A stretch of 25,866 nt of DNA from Promethearchaeati archaeon (GCA_013166775.1 JABLTJ010000039.1:1-25866), one strand, 5' to 3'. Shown: positions 9,271 through 18,281, counted from the stretch's first letter. The notes: generated by a model not told the origin, from the sequence alone. Made by a program: numbers and translations.

Positions 9271-9307
9271 ACTATTTAAGACATTTCGACTAACTTTTTC
9301 GTGTAGA
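9271..9307 (-). promoter_or_regulatory. Promoter/operator copy 2
   Basis: actatttaagacatttcgactaactttttcgtgtaga; TTAAATA about 24 nt before GTG 9250. Confidence 0.8.
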
Positions 9308-9381
9308 CGATTTTAGCATTAACGAGATTTTTCGTTCTTGTGATAATATATAGTTTTCACATATTGGTTCAAGGAAAACTG

Positions 9382-10479
9382 TTAGGTTTTCTCCTTCTTC
9401 TTCCTCATCTGTGTAATAATTATTGTTATTATTACGATTGGTAACAAAAATCCAGAAGTTCTTTTTGGATTCCAACCACTTATTTCTAATATTTCTATCG
9501 CATCGTTTTCATCTGCAACAAATAATAGATTGTCTTTCAATACAAAGCTGTATGAAGATCCACCATCGTAGAAACTAGCTACTTCTACGGGATTGGTTTT
9601 GTTGGTAATATCTAATATCTTCATCCCAGCAATATCATTGGATATAATCAAGATGTCTTCTTCTACATGTAAGCGCCAGATACTATTTCCATTCTCGTAT
9701 GTATATACTTCCACTGGATTAGCTATATCGCTAAAATCTATAATCATAAATCCATTATTTGCTAGTGCATAAAATGCCAGATCGTTTTCTACATAGATAT
9801 CATAAACATATATCTCTTCACTAGAATTGTACTCACTGATTAATTCTGGATTACTAGGGTTACTAATATCATATACACGAAAATGGGTTTGAGTTTGAGA
9901 TAAACTTCTTACACCAAAGTAAGCGAAATCACCACTGATAAAAGGTTTAGCTCCTTGTCCTTTACAGAATTCTTTTACTTTCTCTGGCTGGGTGGGATCA
10001 CTTATATCAATGATTTCATAAAATGAATCACTTGTATTGTGTTTACTTGCATAGATATAATCCTCAACTACTTTAACATGAGAAATCGAATCTGAAACAT
10101 ATTCACTGATTTTCGTAGGATTGGAAGGATTTGAAATATCAACTATTTCCATTCCATACTCCCAAGTACTCAAGTAAGCAATGTCTTCTTGGATTTCAAA
10201 ATCGTGTCCATCAGTTACAGAGTAGTTAGCTAGTGATATAGGTCTTGTTGGATCTTGCACATCTAATGAACAAAATCTCTTTGTGTCATATTCAGTAAAG
10301 TATACTATTTCATCTTTTACATCTACATGATAATACAACGCTCCTGTGGTAAATTCACCAATCTTTGTTATAGTTATATCTTGATAATCAGCTGAAGCAG
10401 AATTAACTAATAAATTGTAGCAACATAAGACATACAACAAAACAACAAAATATCCTTTACTTTTCACATTCCTTTTCAT
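9382..10479 (-). CDS. LVIVD-repeat (beta-propeller-like) surface protein with signal peptide and C-terminal TM anchor
   Basis: Repeated GMEIVDISNPSNP / IIDISDPTQP / VYDISNPSNP / ILDITNKTNP units; C-terminal TSGFLLPIVIITIIITQMRKKK. Confidence 0.92.
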   Translation of the reverse strand: MKRNVKSKGYFVVLLYVLCCYNLLVNSASADYQDITITKIGEFTTGALYYHVDVKDEIVYFTEYDTKRFCSLDVQDPTRPISLANYSVTDGHDFEIQEDIAYLSTWEYGMEIVDISNPSNPTKISEYVSDSISHVKVVEDYIYASKHNTSDSFYEIIDISDPTQPEKVKEFCKGQGAKPFISGDFAYFGVRSLSQTQTHFRVYDISNPSNPELISEYNSSEEIYVYDIYVENDLAFYALANNGFMIIDFSDIANPVEVYTYENGNSIWRLHVEEDILIISNDIAGMKILDITNKTNPVEVASFYDGGSSYSFVLKDNLLFVADENDAIEILEISGWNPKRTSGFLLPIVIITIIITQMRKKKEKT

Positions 10480-10650
10480 TCTTGATAAATTACCAAGAAC
10501 ACTTATTAATTATACAGTTGAGAAAGATTTCAAATCTTTACCCAACTAGAAGTAATAACCTATCCGATAAAAATCATCGCATTTTTTTTAATTTCTATGG
10601 GATATTTTGTGATGCCTCAAAATTGAAAAGAGGTGACTATTGTTCGCTGC

Positions 10651-10761
10651 TATGAGTTCATTGCTTTTTGCATGAAAGAAGGAATAGCTGTAGAGCTAAT
10701 TAATAGAGTTATCATAGAAAACCAAAGTAGAACACTTTCAATCAAACACATCAAGAAGTAA
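10651..10761 (+). pseudogene. 3' remnant of a phosphotriesterase-like gene (paralogue of 19454..20407)
   Basis: YEFIAFCMKEGIAVELINRVIIENQSRTLSIKHIKK* versus NEFIPFCEKEGIDTELINKVIIENSKRALSIKHINK*. Confidence 0.88.
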
Positions 10762-11039
10762 AAATCTTAATCCTTCATAGGTAATGGTCAATTAGGCTGT
10801 GCAATAGTTAAGCAACTTATTCTGAAGGGAACCTTCGTTAGAGCTTTGGATTTAGATGAATATGAAGATGAAGAATCTGTTGAAATCATTGTTGGTGATT
10901 TGTGTGACGAAAAATTATGACTGATGCTTTCAAAGATATTGACACTGTTTCAAATACTGCATCTGTTGTATATGACTCTTCACCGCCAGATTGGCTTCTT
11001 TATAATGTGAATACTGATGGTAATCGCAATGTCATATAA
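10762..11039 (+). pseudogene. 5' remnant of an NAD-dependent epimerase/dehydratase (extended SDR, 3-beta-HSD-like) gene
   Basis: KILI/GNGQLGCAIVKQLILKGTFVRALDL..VEIIVGDLCDEK/MTDAFKDIDTVSNTASVV..LYNVNTDGNRNVI*; frameshifted, truncated, no start codon. Confidence 0.82.
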
Positions 11040-11158
11040 TAGAAATGGAATATCTAGATCAAGAAGGTGTTTCTGTTAGATAACTAATTATTATAACATC
11101 TATTTAGATTGAAGAGGGAAAAAGTTTTATTTGTTATATACAATTTTATTCGATTCAC

Positions 11159-11923
11159 ATGAACAAGAAACTTATCTTTTGTATTTCATTCTTCTCAATT
11201 TTATTTTTTAGTCAAATGAATATTCAAGCTAATATCGATAGCGATAGCGTGATATTTTCTGAATCAATAAGCGAAAATACTACTTTTGAATGGACAGTTG
11301 AAAAATTTGATGTAAAACTGAGACCAACACCCGAAACTTATACTTTTTTCAAAGAAGGTGATACTATTAAAGCGAAAATAATTGCAGAGCCACCTGCTGA
11401 TTTAGAAAGTTGGAAATCTTATGTACCACGTGCAAATTTCAGTGATTGGATACAATTTTACAAAAATGATGTGATTTTTGAAATTGATATGGCAGGGAAT
11501 CTTTCCTTTCTCTTCAAATATGGTTTTATATATCCTATCTCTTGGGTTGAAGATAATTCTACAATCAGTTACTTCGAGCAATATGCTAATGCAGCTGAAG
11601 CTGCTTTTGCTTTTTCTCTAATGGATTTTAAATTGACCACAGACTTAGGTAAAGATCACTTCAAAGTAAAATACGATTTTACCTGCAAAAGATGTCTCGG
11701 TAAAACCTTAAACTACAGAATATATAATATACACACAGGAATTATAAGTAGATATCAATACATGTATAATAACGAGTACAATGATCATTATGAAATTATA
11801 ATCTCAAATCCAGAAGACAAAGTGGATTCTTACTCTCTAGTAATTCCGATAGTTACTCTCCTAGTAATTGTTACTGTTCGCTTCGTAAGAAGAAATCGGA
11901 AAAAATATTCAACAACCAGATAA
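11159..11923 (+). CDS. Uncharacterised secreted/surface protein with C-terminal TM anchor
   Basis: Signal peptide MNKKLIFCISFFSILFF; C-terminal SYSLVIPIVTLLVIVTVRFVRRNRKK. Confidence 0.85.
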   Translation: MNKKLIFCISFFSILFFSQMNIQANIDSDSVIFSESISENTTFEWTVEKFDVKLRPTPETYTFFKEGDTIKAKIIAEPPADLESWKSYVPRANFSDWIQFYKNDVIFEIDMAGNLSFLFKYGFIYPISWVEDNSTISYFEQYANAAEAAFAFSLMDFKLTTDLGKDHFKVKYDFTCKRCLGKTLNYRIYNIHTGIISRYQYMYNNEYNDHYEIIISNPEDKVDSYSLVIPIVTLLVIVTVRFVRRNRKKYSTTR

Positions 11924-11984
11924 GAGCTACACTGATAGATGAAAATAATTGAATTAGATACTCTCTTGTAAGATGAAATGAAAT

Positions 11985-12141
11985 CTAGTCACGAATATCA
12001 GTGTCTTCATCGTTATTTAGAAAATCATTGTCAGCTAGATTATATGTTGAGTTGTCGATATAACATCCATATCTATTATTTTTGAATGTAGTAATATATA
12101 TCAACATCTAGATGAGAATATAATTACTATCAATGAATTCC
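11985..12141 (-). pseudogene. 3' remnant of the beta-helix gene family (copy 2)
   Basis: TFKNNRYGCYIDNSTYNLADNDFLNNDEDTDIRD*; about 11 mismatches over the first 105 nt versus 477..581, mostly at third codon positions, then decays with deletions. Confidence 0.92.
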
Positions 12142-12240
12142 CTGAACTACTCCAATATATCTAGTAATCTATATCTATAACCTGTAAACTACTTTTTCAG
12201 AGAGAGTTCTCTTTTTATTTCAGTAAGATAGCAAGAACTG

Positions 12241-12254
12241 CGAACTTTATATAA
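12241..12254 (+). promoter_or_regulatory. Archaeal BRE/TATA promoter of the TA operon
   Basis: cgaactttatataa ending about 22 nt before ATG 12276. Confidence 0.6.
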
Positions 12255-12275
12255 TTTAATTTTACTATAATTTGT

Positions 12276-12587
12276 ATGGAAAAAACTCTGAATCTATCTG
12301 ATGTTTTAGACGAAATTCAAAGGAATAAAAATGTAATCTTGTCTTTTGGTGTAAAAAACATTGGTGTTTTTGGTTCTTTTGTTAAAAACGAACAAAAGAT
12401 TTCCAGTGATTTAGACATATTAATTGAATTTAAAAAAGGAATGAAAAGTTTTGATAATTATATGGGTTTACTTTTCTTTCTTGAAGATTTATTCCAAGTG
12501 AAAATTGATTTAGTTATAAAAGAAGCTATTAAACCCAGATTAAAATCACACATCTTAGAAAGTGTTACTTATGCAAAGGGACTATAA
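12276..12587 (+). CDS. mntA: Minimal nucleotidyltransferase (MNT) antitoxin
   Basis: [20 protein letters not shown] (GSx10DxD); 103 aa; overlaps the HEPN gene. Confidence 0.93.
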   Translation: MEKTLNLSDVLDEIQRNKNVILSFGVKNIGVFGSFVKNEQKISSDLDILIEFKKGMKSFDNYMGLLFFLEDLFQVKIDLVIKEAIKPRLKSHILESVTYAKGL

Positions 12588-12909
12588 ACTATACTTAGAA
12601 GATATTCTGAATTCAATCTCAAAAATAAGTCAATACATTAAGGATTTAGTTTTTGAAGAATTCTCTTCTAATTCTCTGGTTCAAGATGCAGTTGTTAGAA
12701 ACCTTGAAATTATTGGAGAAGCTGCCAAAAACATTCCACAGGAAATTAGAGATTTAAATGAAGAGATTGAATGGAGACACATAGCTGGAATAAGGGATAT
12801 AATGATTCATGCGTACTTTACAATAGATCTTGAAATTCTTTGGGAAATCATTACTGATAAATTACATAAACTAAAAAAATCTGTAACAGAGTTGTTTAAC
12901 ATTTTATGA
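12571..12909 (+). CDS. hepT: HEPN/DUF86 ribonuclease toxin
   Basis: [26 protein letters not shown] and the RDIMIHAY (Rx4HxY) motif; ATG 12571 preferred. Confidence 0.93.
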   Translation: MQRDYKLYLEDILNSISKISQYIKDLVFEEFSSNSLVQDAVVRNLEIIGEAAKNIPQEIRDLNEEIEWRHIAGIRDIMIHAYFTIDLEILWEIITDKLHKLKKSVTELFNIL

Positions 12910-13025
12910 AGATTTACTCTTTCAGCAAATATAACTAAAGTAAAGATTAGAAGGAGAGATACTTCTCAACTAATAGCTGTAGTATTCCTTCTGTTTATTG
13001 CATTTAATCAATACTCATTTATTTT

Positions 13026-13796
13026 TCATTGATTTTCAAGAAATTCTAGTACATGTGGAAGAACCACTCCTGGAATGAATTGTACTTCATGTCCTTTATT
13101 CTCAAAAAGAATCGCTTTTGCATTTTTCATTTCTTTACTTACTTCCGCAAGATGGGGGTAGGGATTCCATTCATCTTTTTCTCCTGCATAAAATAGAAAT
13201 GGTTCTTTAAGCTCTGGAAGGTGTTCATCTACTTTATGGAACAGATCCAAGCTGTTTATCCATGCGTTTATCGCTTCAAAGTCCATTGCTCTAAAACGTT
13301 TCTCAGTGTCAGGAGTCACCTCTTCTCCCTTCTCTTTCACATGAGCGATTAGACCATCAGCTCCATCTTTGAGTTTTTCTTTAGCATTTTTTAGATTTTC
13401 TTTTGTTTCCTTTGTTAATCCTCTAGGTTGCATTCCACCAATTATGTAACTATGGAAACGTTCGGGATAATCTCTTGAAAGACAAAATGCTATGTAACCG
13501 CCATATGAATATCCCCAACAATGTGCTTTATCTATCTTCAGCTCATCTAAAACTGCGATGATATCTGATGTAAATATCTTTGTCAAATATGATTCCGAAT
13601 CATGAGGTTTGTCACTCTGTCCATTTCCTCTGAGATCTATTAAAATAAGTTGATAGTCCTCCATTAAAGTTTGAATATGATCACAAGCATACCACTCTAA
13701 GTGACTTCCAGGACCACCATGTAACAAAACTAAAGGTGTTCCATGCCCTTCAACCTTATAAAAAATCTTAACTCCTTGATTATTTACAAATGGCAT
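13026..13796 (-). CDS. Alpha/beta fold hydrolase; paralogue of 5438..6202
   Basis: HGGPG, DLRGNGQSDKP, GYSYG, GEKD and GH motifs. Confidence 0.95.
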   Translation of the reverse strand: MPFVNNQGVKIFYKVEGHGTPLVLLHGGPGSHLEWYACDHIQTLMEDYQLILIDLRGNGQSDKPHDSESYLTKIFTSDIIAVLDELKIDKAHCWGYSYGGYIAFCLSRDYPERFHSYIIGGMQPRGLTKETKENLKNAKEKLKDGADGLIAHVKEKGEEVTPDTEKRFRAMDFEAINAWINSLDLFHKVDEHLPELKEPFLFYAGEKDEWNPYPHLAEVSKEMKNAKAILFENKGHEVQFIPGVVLPHVLEFLENQ

Positions 13797-13909
13797 AAGA
13801 AATAAAGAAGAACAGTCCCTCTTAAATGTAATTAATCACAAAATCAATGCCTTTGACTGTCTTCATATTGAAGTTAACATAGTATTTACAAACATATATA
13901 ACTGTCTGA

Positions 13910-15886
13910 ATGTATCCTACTGATGGTATAATGAAAAGAAATTCTCTTCTTCTTATGTTTGTTCTTAGTTTAATATCCGTTTCATTCCTTTCTTCTTCCA
14001 ATGTTAATAATATTGACAATTCAATTAGTAATGATTTTGTTCCTCATACGAATTCCTTTTCTCCAAAACTCGCTGGAAATCCTCATAATGAAACAGAATT
14101 ACAATTGTTTTTTGACGACCTATTAGAAAATCAATTGATTGATTATACACTTCCTGGTATCACTTTATCAGTTGTTAATGCTACAGATATATTGTACCTC
14201 AAAGGATATGGTTATGCAAACATAGAGGAATCTAAAGCTGTTTCTCCTACTTCCACAATGTTTCGAATAGCATCAACTTCTAAACTCTTTACTTGGACAG
14301 CAGTTATGCAGCTCTATGAACAGAGTCTTCTCGATCTTGATGAGAATATTAACAACTATCTTACAGAATTCAAAATCCCAATGAAATATGGCCCCATAAC
14401 TATGTATGATCTTATGAGTCATAGTCCTGGTTTTGAAGATTATTTCTTTCTAACCGGATCGATAAACAAAAAGATAACACTCTCTTTAGAAGATTACCTC
14501 ATAGAGTACATGCCTAAATGTGTTCGGTCACCAGGAGAAGTTTCTTCTTATTCCAATTATGGTGTTTCTCTAGCTGGATATATTGTTGGGGAAATATCAG
14601 GAAAACCTTTTCCTCAATATGTAGAAGAAGAAATATTAATCCCTCTTGGAATGGATTATTCAACATTTTTAAACTCTCTTCCTTCAGTTTTGGAAGAAAA
14701 CCTTGTTACAGAGTATTCGATAGATAAACAATCAAATTTGCTTCCTGCAACATCACTCGATCCGTATAATTTAGAATATGATCCAGCAGGATCATTGAAA
14801 ACAACAGCACTTGATATTAGTTATTTTATGCGCGCTCATCTTAATAATGGAAGTTTTGGTTCTAACCGTATACTAGAGGAAGCAACAGTTCAAGAAATGC
14901 ACAATCGTCATTTCTCACATCATCCAAATCTTGATGGATTCGCTCATGGATTTTTTGAGTTAACGATAAATGGCAAAAGAATATTGACGCATGGTGGATC
15001 TGTTTCATATACACGTTCAGAATTAATGCTTATTCCTGAAGAACAAATAGGATTCTTTATCAGTTATAATGCTTATCACATCGATCCTGTATATACTGTA
15101 TTTTACGAATTCATGGACCATTTCTATCCTGGTGTTCCTGTTTCGAGGTTGGAACCTGATCCCAATTTCAAGCAAACTGGAAAGAAATTTACTGGTAATT
15201 TCAGATATACTCGTGGTCCTTATAATACCCCCGCAGTGATTAATTATCTTATAGAATACAAACATGTAAGTATTGATAAAGAAGGATATCTAGTTGTTTC
15301 AGGATTTAAATATGTGCAAGTAGAAGAGTTACTATTCCGAGAACCGGAGTATGATTTCTACTTAGCGTTTAAAGAGGATGCTGAAGGAAAGATTACTCAC
15401 ATGTTTTATAGTCATGTTTCAGCGAATGCATTAGAGAAATTAACTGGAGCTGATAATCCTCCTATTGCTTGGAGTATTTGTATAACTATTGTTGTCATTA
15501 TATTAGCTTCATTGATTTATATTCCAATAAGAAGGAAGATTAAGAGAGAAGAAAAATATATTCCAGATACAGAAATTGAGAGATATACAAAACTCGCTAC
15601 TCAATATACTGGATGGGGAATCATTGGTTTTGTAGTCCTGTATGGAGGATTTTCTGTAATACTATTAGTATCAGAGGCTGTTTTCCCAGTTACTAGAGCT
15701 CTTCTTGTTATACCTTATATTTTAGTATTCAGTCTTCTAGTTCTGATTGGTTTAACGGCATTTCTTTGGATAAATAAGCAAGGATCAATTAATATCCGAG
15801 TAAACGCTACTATAATAGCTATCGTAGCAATTGTTTTCATGTGGTGGATGGTTCATTGGCGCTTGATAGGATTTTTCTATGCCTAA
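13910..15886 (+). CDS. Beta-lactamase-related (class C/PBP-like) serine hydrolase with signal peptide and C-terminal TM helices (start may be 13931)
   Basis: FRIASTSK (SxxK), YSN, LMSHSPG and HGG motifs; about four C-terminal TM segments. Confidence 0.93.
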   Translation: MYPTDGIMKRNSLLLMFVLSLISVSFLSSSNVNNIDNSISNDFVPHTNSFSPKLAGNPHNETELQLFFDDLLENQLIDYTLPGITLSVVNATDILYLKGYGYANIEESKAVSPTSTMFRIASTSKLFTWTAVMQLYEQSLLDLDENINNYLTEFKIPMKYGPITMYDLMSHSPGFEDYFFLTGSINKKITLSLEDYLIEYMPKCVRSPGEVSSYSNYGVSLAGYIVGEISGKPFPQYVEEEILIPLGMDYSTFLNSLPSVLEENLVTEYSIDKQSNLLPATSLDPYNLEYDPAGSLKTTALDISYFMRAHLNNGSFGSNRILEEATVQEMHNRHFSHHPNLDGFAHGFFELTINGKRILTHGGSVSYTRSELMLIPEEQIGFFISYNAYHIDPVYTVFYEFMDHFYPGVPVSRLEPDPNFKQTGKKFTGNFRYTRGPYNTPAVINYLIEYKHVSIDKEGYLVVSGFKYVQVEELLFREPEYDFYLAFKEDAEGKITHMFYSHVSANALEKLTGADNPPIAWSICITIVVIILASLIYIPIRRKIKREEKYIPDTEIERYTKLATQYTGWGIIGFVVLYGGFSVILLVSEAVFPVTRALLVIPYILVFSLLVLIGLTAFLWINKQGSINIRVNATIIAIVAIVFMWWMVHWRLIGFFYA

Positions 15887-15939
15887 ATATTCGCTAACTG
15901 GTTAATATTCTAGTCAAGTAAAATCGTTATGAATGATGG

Positions 15940-16224
15940 CTATTCTTTTTTTTTCCTAAACATTCCTTTTATAGTTTCCACTGCTTTTGAATCTTCTTTC
16001 ATTAGTCCTATTATTGCTGCTAGTAAAATCAAACCAATTACTAGAAAGAATAAAAGTCCCAATCCAACTGCTACACTTGCACTAATCCATATTGGAGAAA
16101 ATACCCATAACCATCTCCAACCAATTACGTTCGTTAGTTTTAATATAAGGAAAATAATTGTGAGAAGAATTGCTGTACCCGTTCCTCCGCTAGAAGTTTT
16201 ACGTCCTCTTCTGTCTGTCATCAT
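15940..16224 (-). CDS. Small membrane protein with an LKL...WxWxWVFSPIW motif (TMEM185/'Fragile-X-F'-like unit)
   Basis: ILLTIIFLILKLTNVIGWRWLWVFSPIWIS. Confidence 0.75.
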   Translation of the reverse strand: MMTDRRGRKTSSGGTGTAILLTIIFLILKLTNVIGWRWLWVFSPIWISASVAVGLGLLFFLVIGLILLAAIIGLMKEDSKAVETIKGMFRKKKE

Positions 16225-16312
16225 ATCGCTATTGGTTACCCTTGTATTTAATAGTTATCAAATAAAATAATCAAATCTGATTTAAGTTAGTATTTTCTAG
16301 TTTGAAGGAGAA

Positions 16313-16765
16313 TTAAATCTCACTTAACTTTCCCATGTTTTCTATTTTGTCATACTTTTTCCTTTTCGATTTGAAGTGAACAATGATTGAAGCATCATTC
16401 AGAAATTTGTTAGAATCAATCAAATCCCTCTCAGCATACTTTAGGATCTTAAAAACAAGAGGTAAATGACTCCTTATTATATTATTTCTGAATTTAGCTC
16501 CACCCAAAATACATCCTCCTGAGATGTGAGTATAGATGTGTAATTCATACTTGTCGTTTTTTCCCTTCCATTCAGCAAGTACTTCATCTCTCATAAATCG
16601 TACATAAAGTTTATTCAGTTTCTTGTAATCGTAATCATTACCTATAGAAAGGAAAAGTTCTCCAGTAAAATCTGAGTGTGTAAGTGTATATTTTCTGGAA
16701 AGAATATCAAGATTCTCTGAATGAAGATACTTCACGCTCAGCTTGTTTGGATTGAAATTTACCAT
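16313..16765 (-). CDS. Stay-green (SGR) family protein, Mg-dechelatase homologue
   Basis: FNPNKLSV, RKYTLTHSDFTGELFLSIG, MRDEVLAEW, LHIYTHISGG and IIVHF motifs; start at ATG 16765 by alignment with the second copy. Confidence 0.9.
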   Translation of the reverse strand: MVNFNPNKLSVKYLHSENLDILSRKYTLTHSDFTGELFLSIGNDYDYKKLNKLYVRFMRDEVLAEWKGKNDKYELHIYTHISGGCILGGAKFRNNIIRSHLPLVFKILKYAERDLIDSNKFLNDASIIVHFKSKRKKYDKIENMGKLSEI

Positions 16766-16884
16766 TTTAATATTAATATAAATAGCAAAATAAAAATTTA
16801 ACTGATGAATATTTTCAATCAAATTTTTTATAGTACCATTTGAATTTACAATATTCTTCAAATCCTATTTTTCTATAATATTAT

Positions 16885-17061
16885 CTAATCACAAATATTT
16901 GTATCTTGATAATTTTCTAAGAAATCATTATCAATTAGATTATATGTTGAGTTAGAAATATAACAACCACACCTGCAATTCTTGAATGTATTGTCAGCTA
17001 TATCTATATCTATTGAGTCAATTATATAAACTCCATAAAAATTTCTATCAAAGAAATTCCA
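16885..17061 (-). pseudogene. 3' remnant of the beta-helix gene family (copy 3)
   Basis: WNFFDRNFYGVYIIDSIDIDIADNTFKNCRCGCYISNSTYNLIDNDFLENYQDTNICD* aligns gap-free with the C-terminus of 477..1640. Confidence 0.92.
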
Positions 17062-17303
17062 ACATAATCTACTTTTTGAACAGGATCAGCAGAAGGAATA
17101 TTCATACTAAAAGTCTTATTTTGATGAATACCTTGATTTGTAAAATTAGATTGCTTCGAAGAAATGTAGACAATAGCTGGATTTCGAGAAATAATTCCAC
17201 TATATTCTATAACATTGAAATTAGGTTTACCATCAACATTAGCTCCTACTAAAACAACAGGAAGGGGAGTAGGATAAACTTTGGGAGAGTATATTTTTTT
17301 GAA
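17054..17303 (-). pseudogene. 5' remnant of a flavin reductase (flavoredoxin-like) gene, fused to the beta-helix remnant
   Basis: FKKIYSPKVYPTPLPVVLVGANVDGKPNFNVIEYSGIISRNPAIVYISSKQSNFTNQGIHQNKTFSMNIPSADPVQKVDYVGI; no in-frame start; C-terminal half missing. Confidence 0.85.
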
Positions 17304-17364
17304 CTGAAAGGAAATACATTCCGGTATTTATTTTTGTTTGAACTACTCTAAAATTAAACAAAAC

Positions 17365-18195
17365 CTACACTTTAGAACTCATTAATTCCTTTTGTACTTT
17401 TTTTCTTTTATATTTTATAAATGATTGAGTTATGAAACTTTTGTAAAATCTTACAAGCAAACGATTTTTTAGTCCTGGAATCACAATTACCTTATTTTTC
17501 TCTAGTTTTGCTAAGGAAGTTGAAACTACGTCAGTTGCATACAGCCACAATTTTTTTGGAATGACTGAAGAATCAAAGTTAGAAAAATGTCCAACATGAT
17601 GAAATTCAGTTTTGGTAAAACCCGGACATAAAGCTTGAACAATTATATTCGTTTTTTCCAACTCTAAATTTATATGCTCAGAAAAAGTAACAAGGAACGA
17701 TTTAGTAGCACTGTATATCGAATTTCCCTTAGTTGTAACAAGTGCACCTTGTGAAGCTACATTAATGATGATACCTCGGTTTTGCTCTTGCATTTTTGGT
17801 ATCAAAAAATAGCATAATGATACTGCTGCATTAATATGAAGATTAATCATCTGAGAATGAGTTTCTAAAGACACTGATGAAAATTCTCCTAAAGTAGCAA
17901 AACCTGCACAATTGATTAAAATATCAATAGGAGCTATCTTTAGAATTTCTTGACATACTCTCTGAACTTCCTCAATTTTAGATAAATCTGCTGAAATAAA
18001 AGTTGCAGAAATATCATAAGCATTTGATAATTCCTGACATGTTTCTTCCAATCTATCTTTTCTACGAGCTATTAGAATCAAATTTATTTTCTTTGTAGCA
18101 AGTTGTTTTGCATATTCTAATCCTATACCACTTGATGCTCCAGTTATAACAGCATTTTTACAATTTTGGAGAACAGAGAAATTCTTATCATTCAT
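17365..18195 (-). CDS. Classical short-chain dehydrogenase/reductase
   Basis: TGASSGIG, ARR (NADP-type), INCAG, YSATK and LCPGFTKTEF motifs; ATG 18195 preferred over 18243. Confidence 0.95.
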   Translation of the reverse strand: MNDKNFSVLQNCKNAVITGASSGIGLEYAKQLATKKINLILIARRKDRLEETCQELSNAYDISATFISADLSKIEEVQRVCQEILKIAPIDILINCAGFATLGEFSSVSLETHSQMINLHINAAVSLCYFLIPKMQEQNRGIIINVASQGALVTTKGNSIYSATKSFLVTFSEHINLELEKTNIIVQALCPGFTKTEFHHVGHFSNFDSSVIPKKLWLYATDVVSTSLAKLEKNKVIVIPGLKNRLLVRFYKSFITQSFIKYKRKKVQKELMSSKV

Positions 18196-18281
18196 AGTAT
18201 TTTGAGCAAGTACACAGACTTTTATATGTTTTTCAATATACATGTTTTTTGTGTTGAAAAAAAAGAAAATAGAAAAAAAGA

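Noticed and set aside
1727-9475. Track ORFs 1727..1933, 6062..6256, 7914..8342, 7992..8183 and 9290..9475
   Set aside because: Shadow ORFs overlapping well-supported genes, with no recognisable motifs.
3011-11093. Shared breakpoint motif aga(a)taactaat near stump ends (3015, 11078; similar at 6317)
   Set aside because: Short, AT-rich, not at a fixed distance from breakpoints and absent from other junctions.
13910-15886. Antibiotic-resistance beta-lactamase call
   Set aside because: The motifs only place it in the broad serine hydrolase/peptidase family; the membrane-anchored architecture gives no evidence for beta-lactam hydrolysis.
16766-16861. N-terminal 32-aa extension of the Stay-green ORF
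   Set aside because: The paralogue aligns from MVNFNPNK, and the extension covers the AT-rich promoter.
477-17061. Diversity-generating retroelement (beta-helix tails as TR/VR)
   Set aside because: Differences include many C/T synonymous changes rather than adenine-specific ones, and there is no reverse transcriptase in the window.
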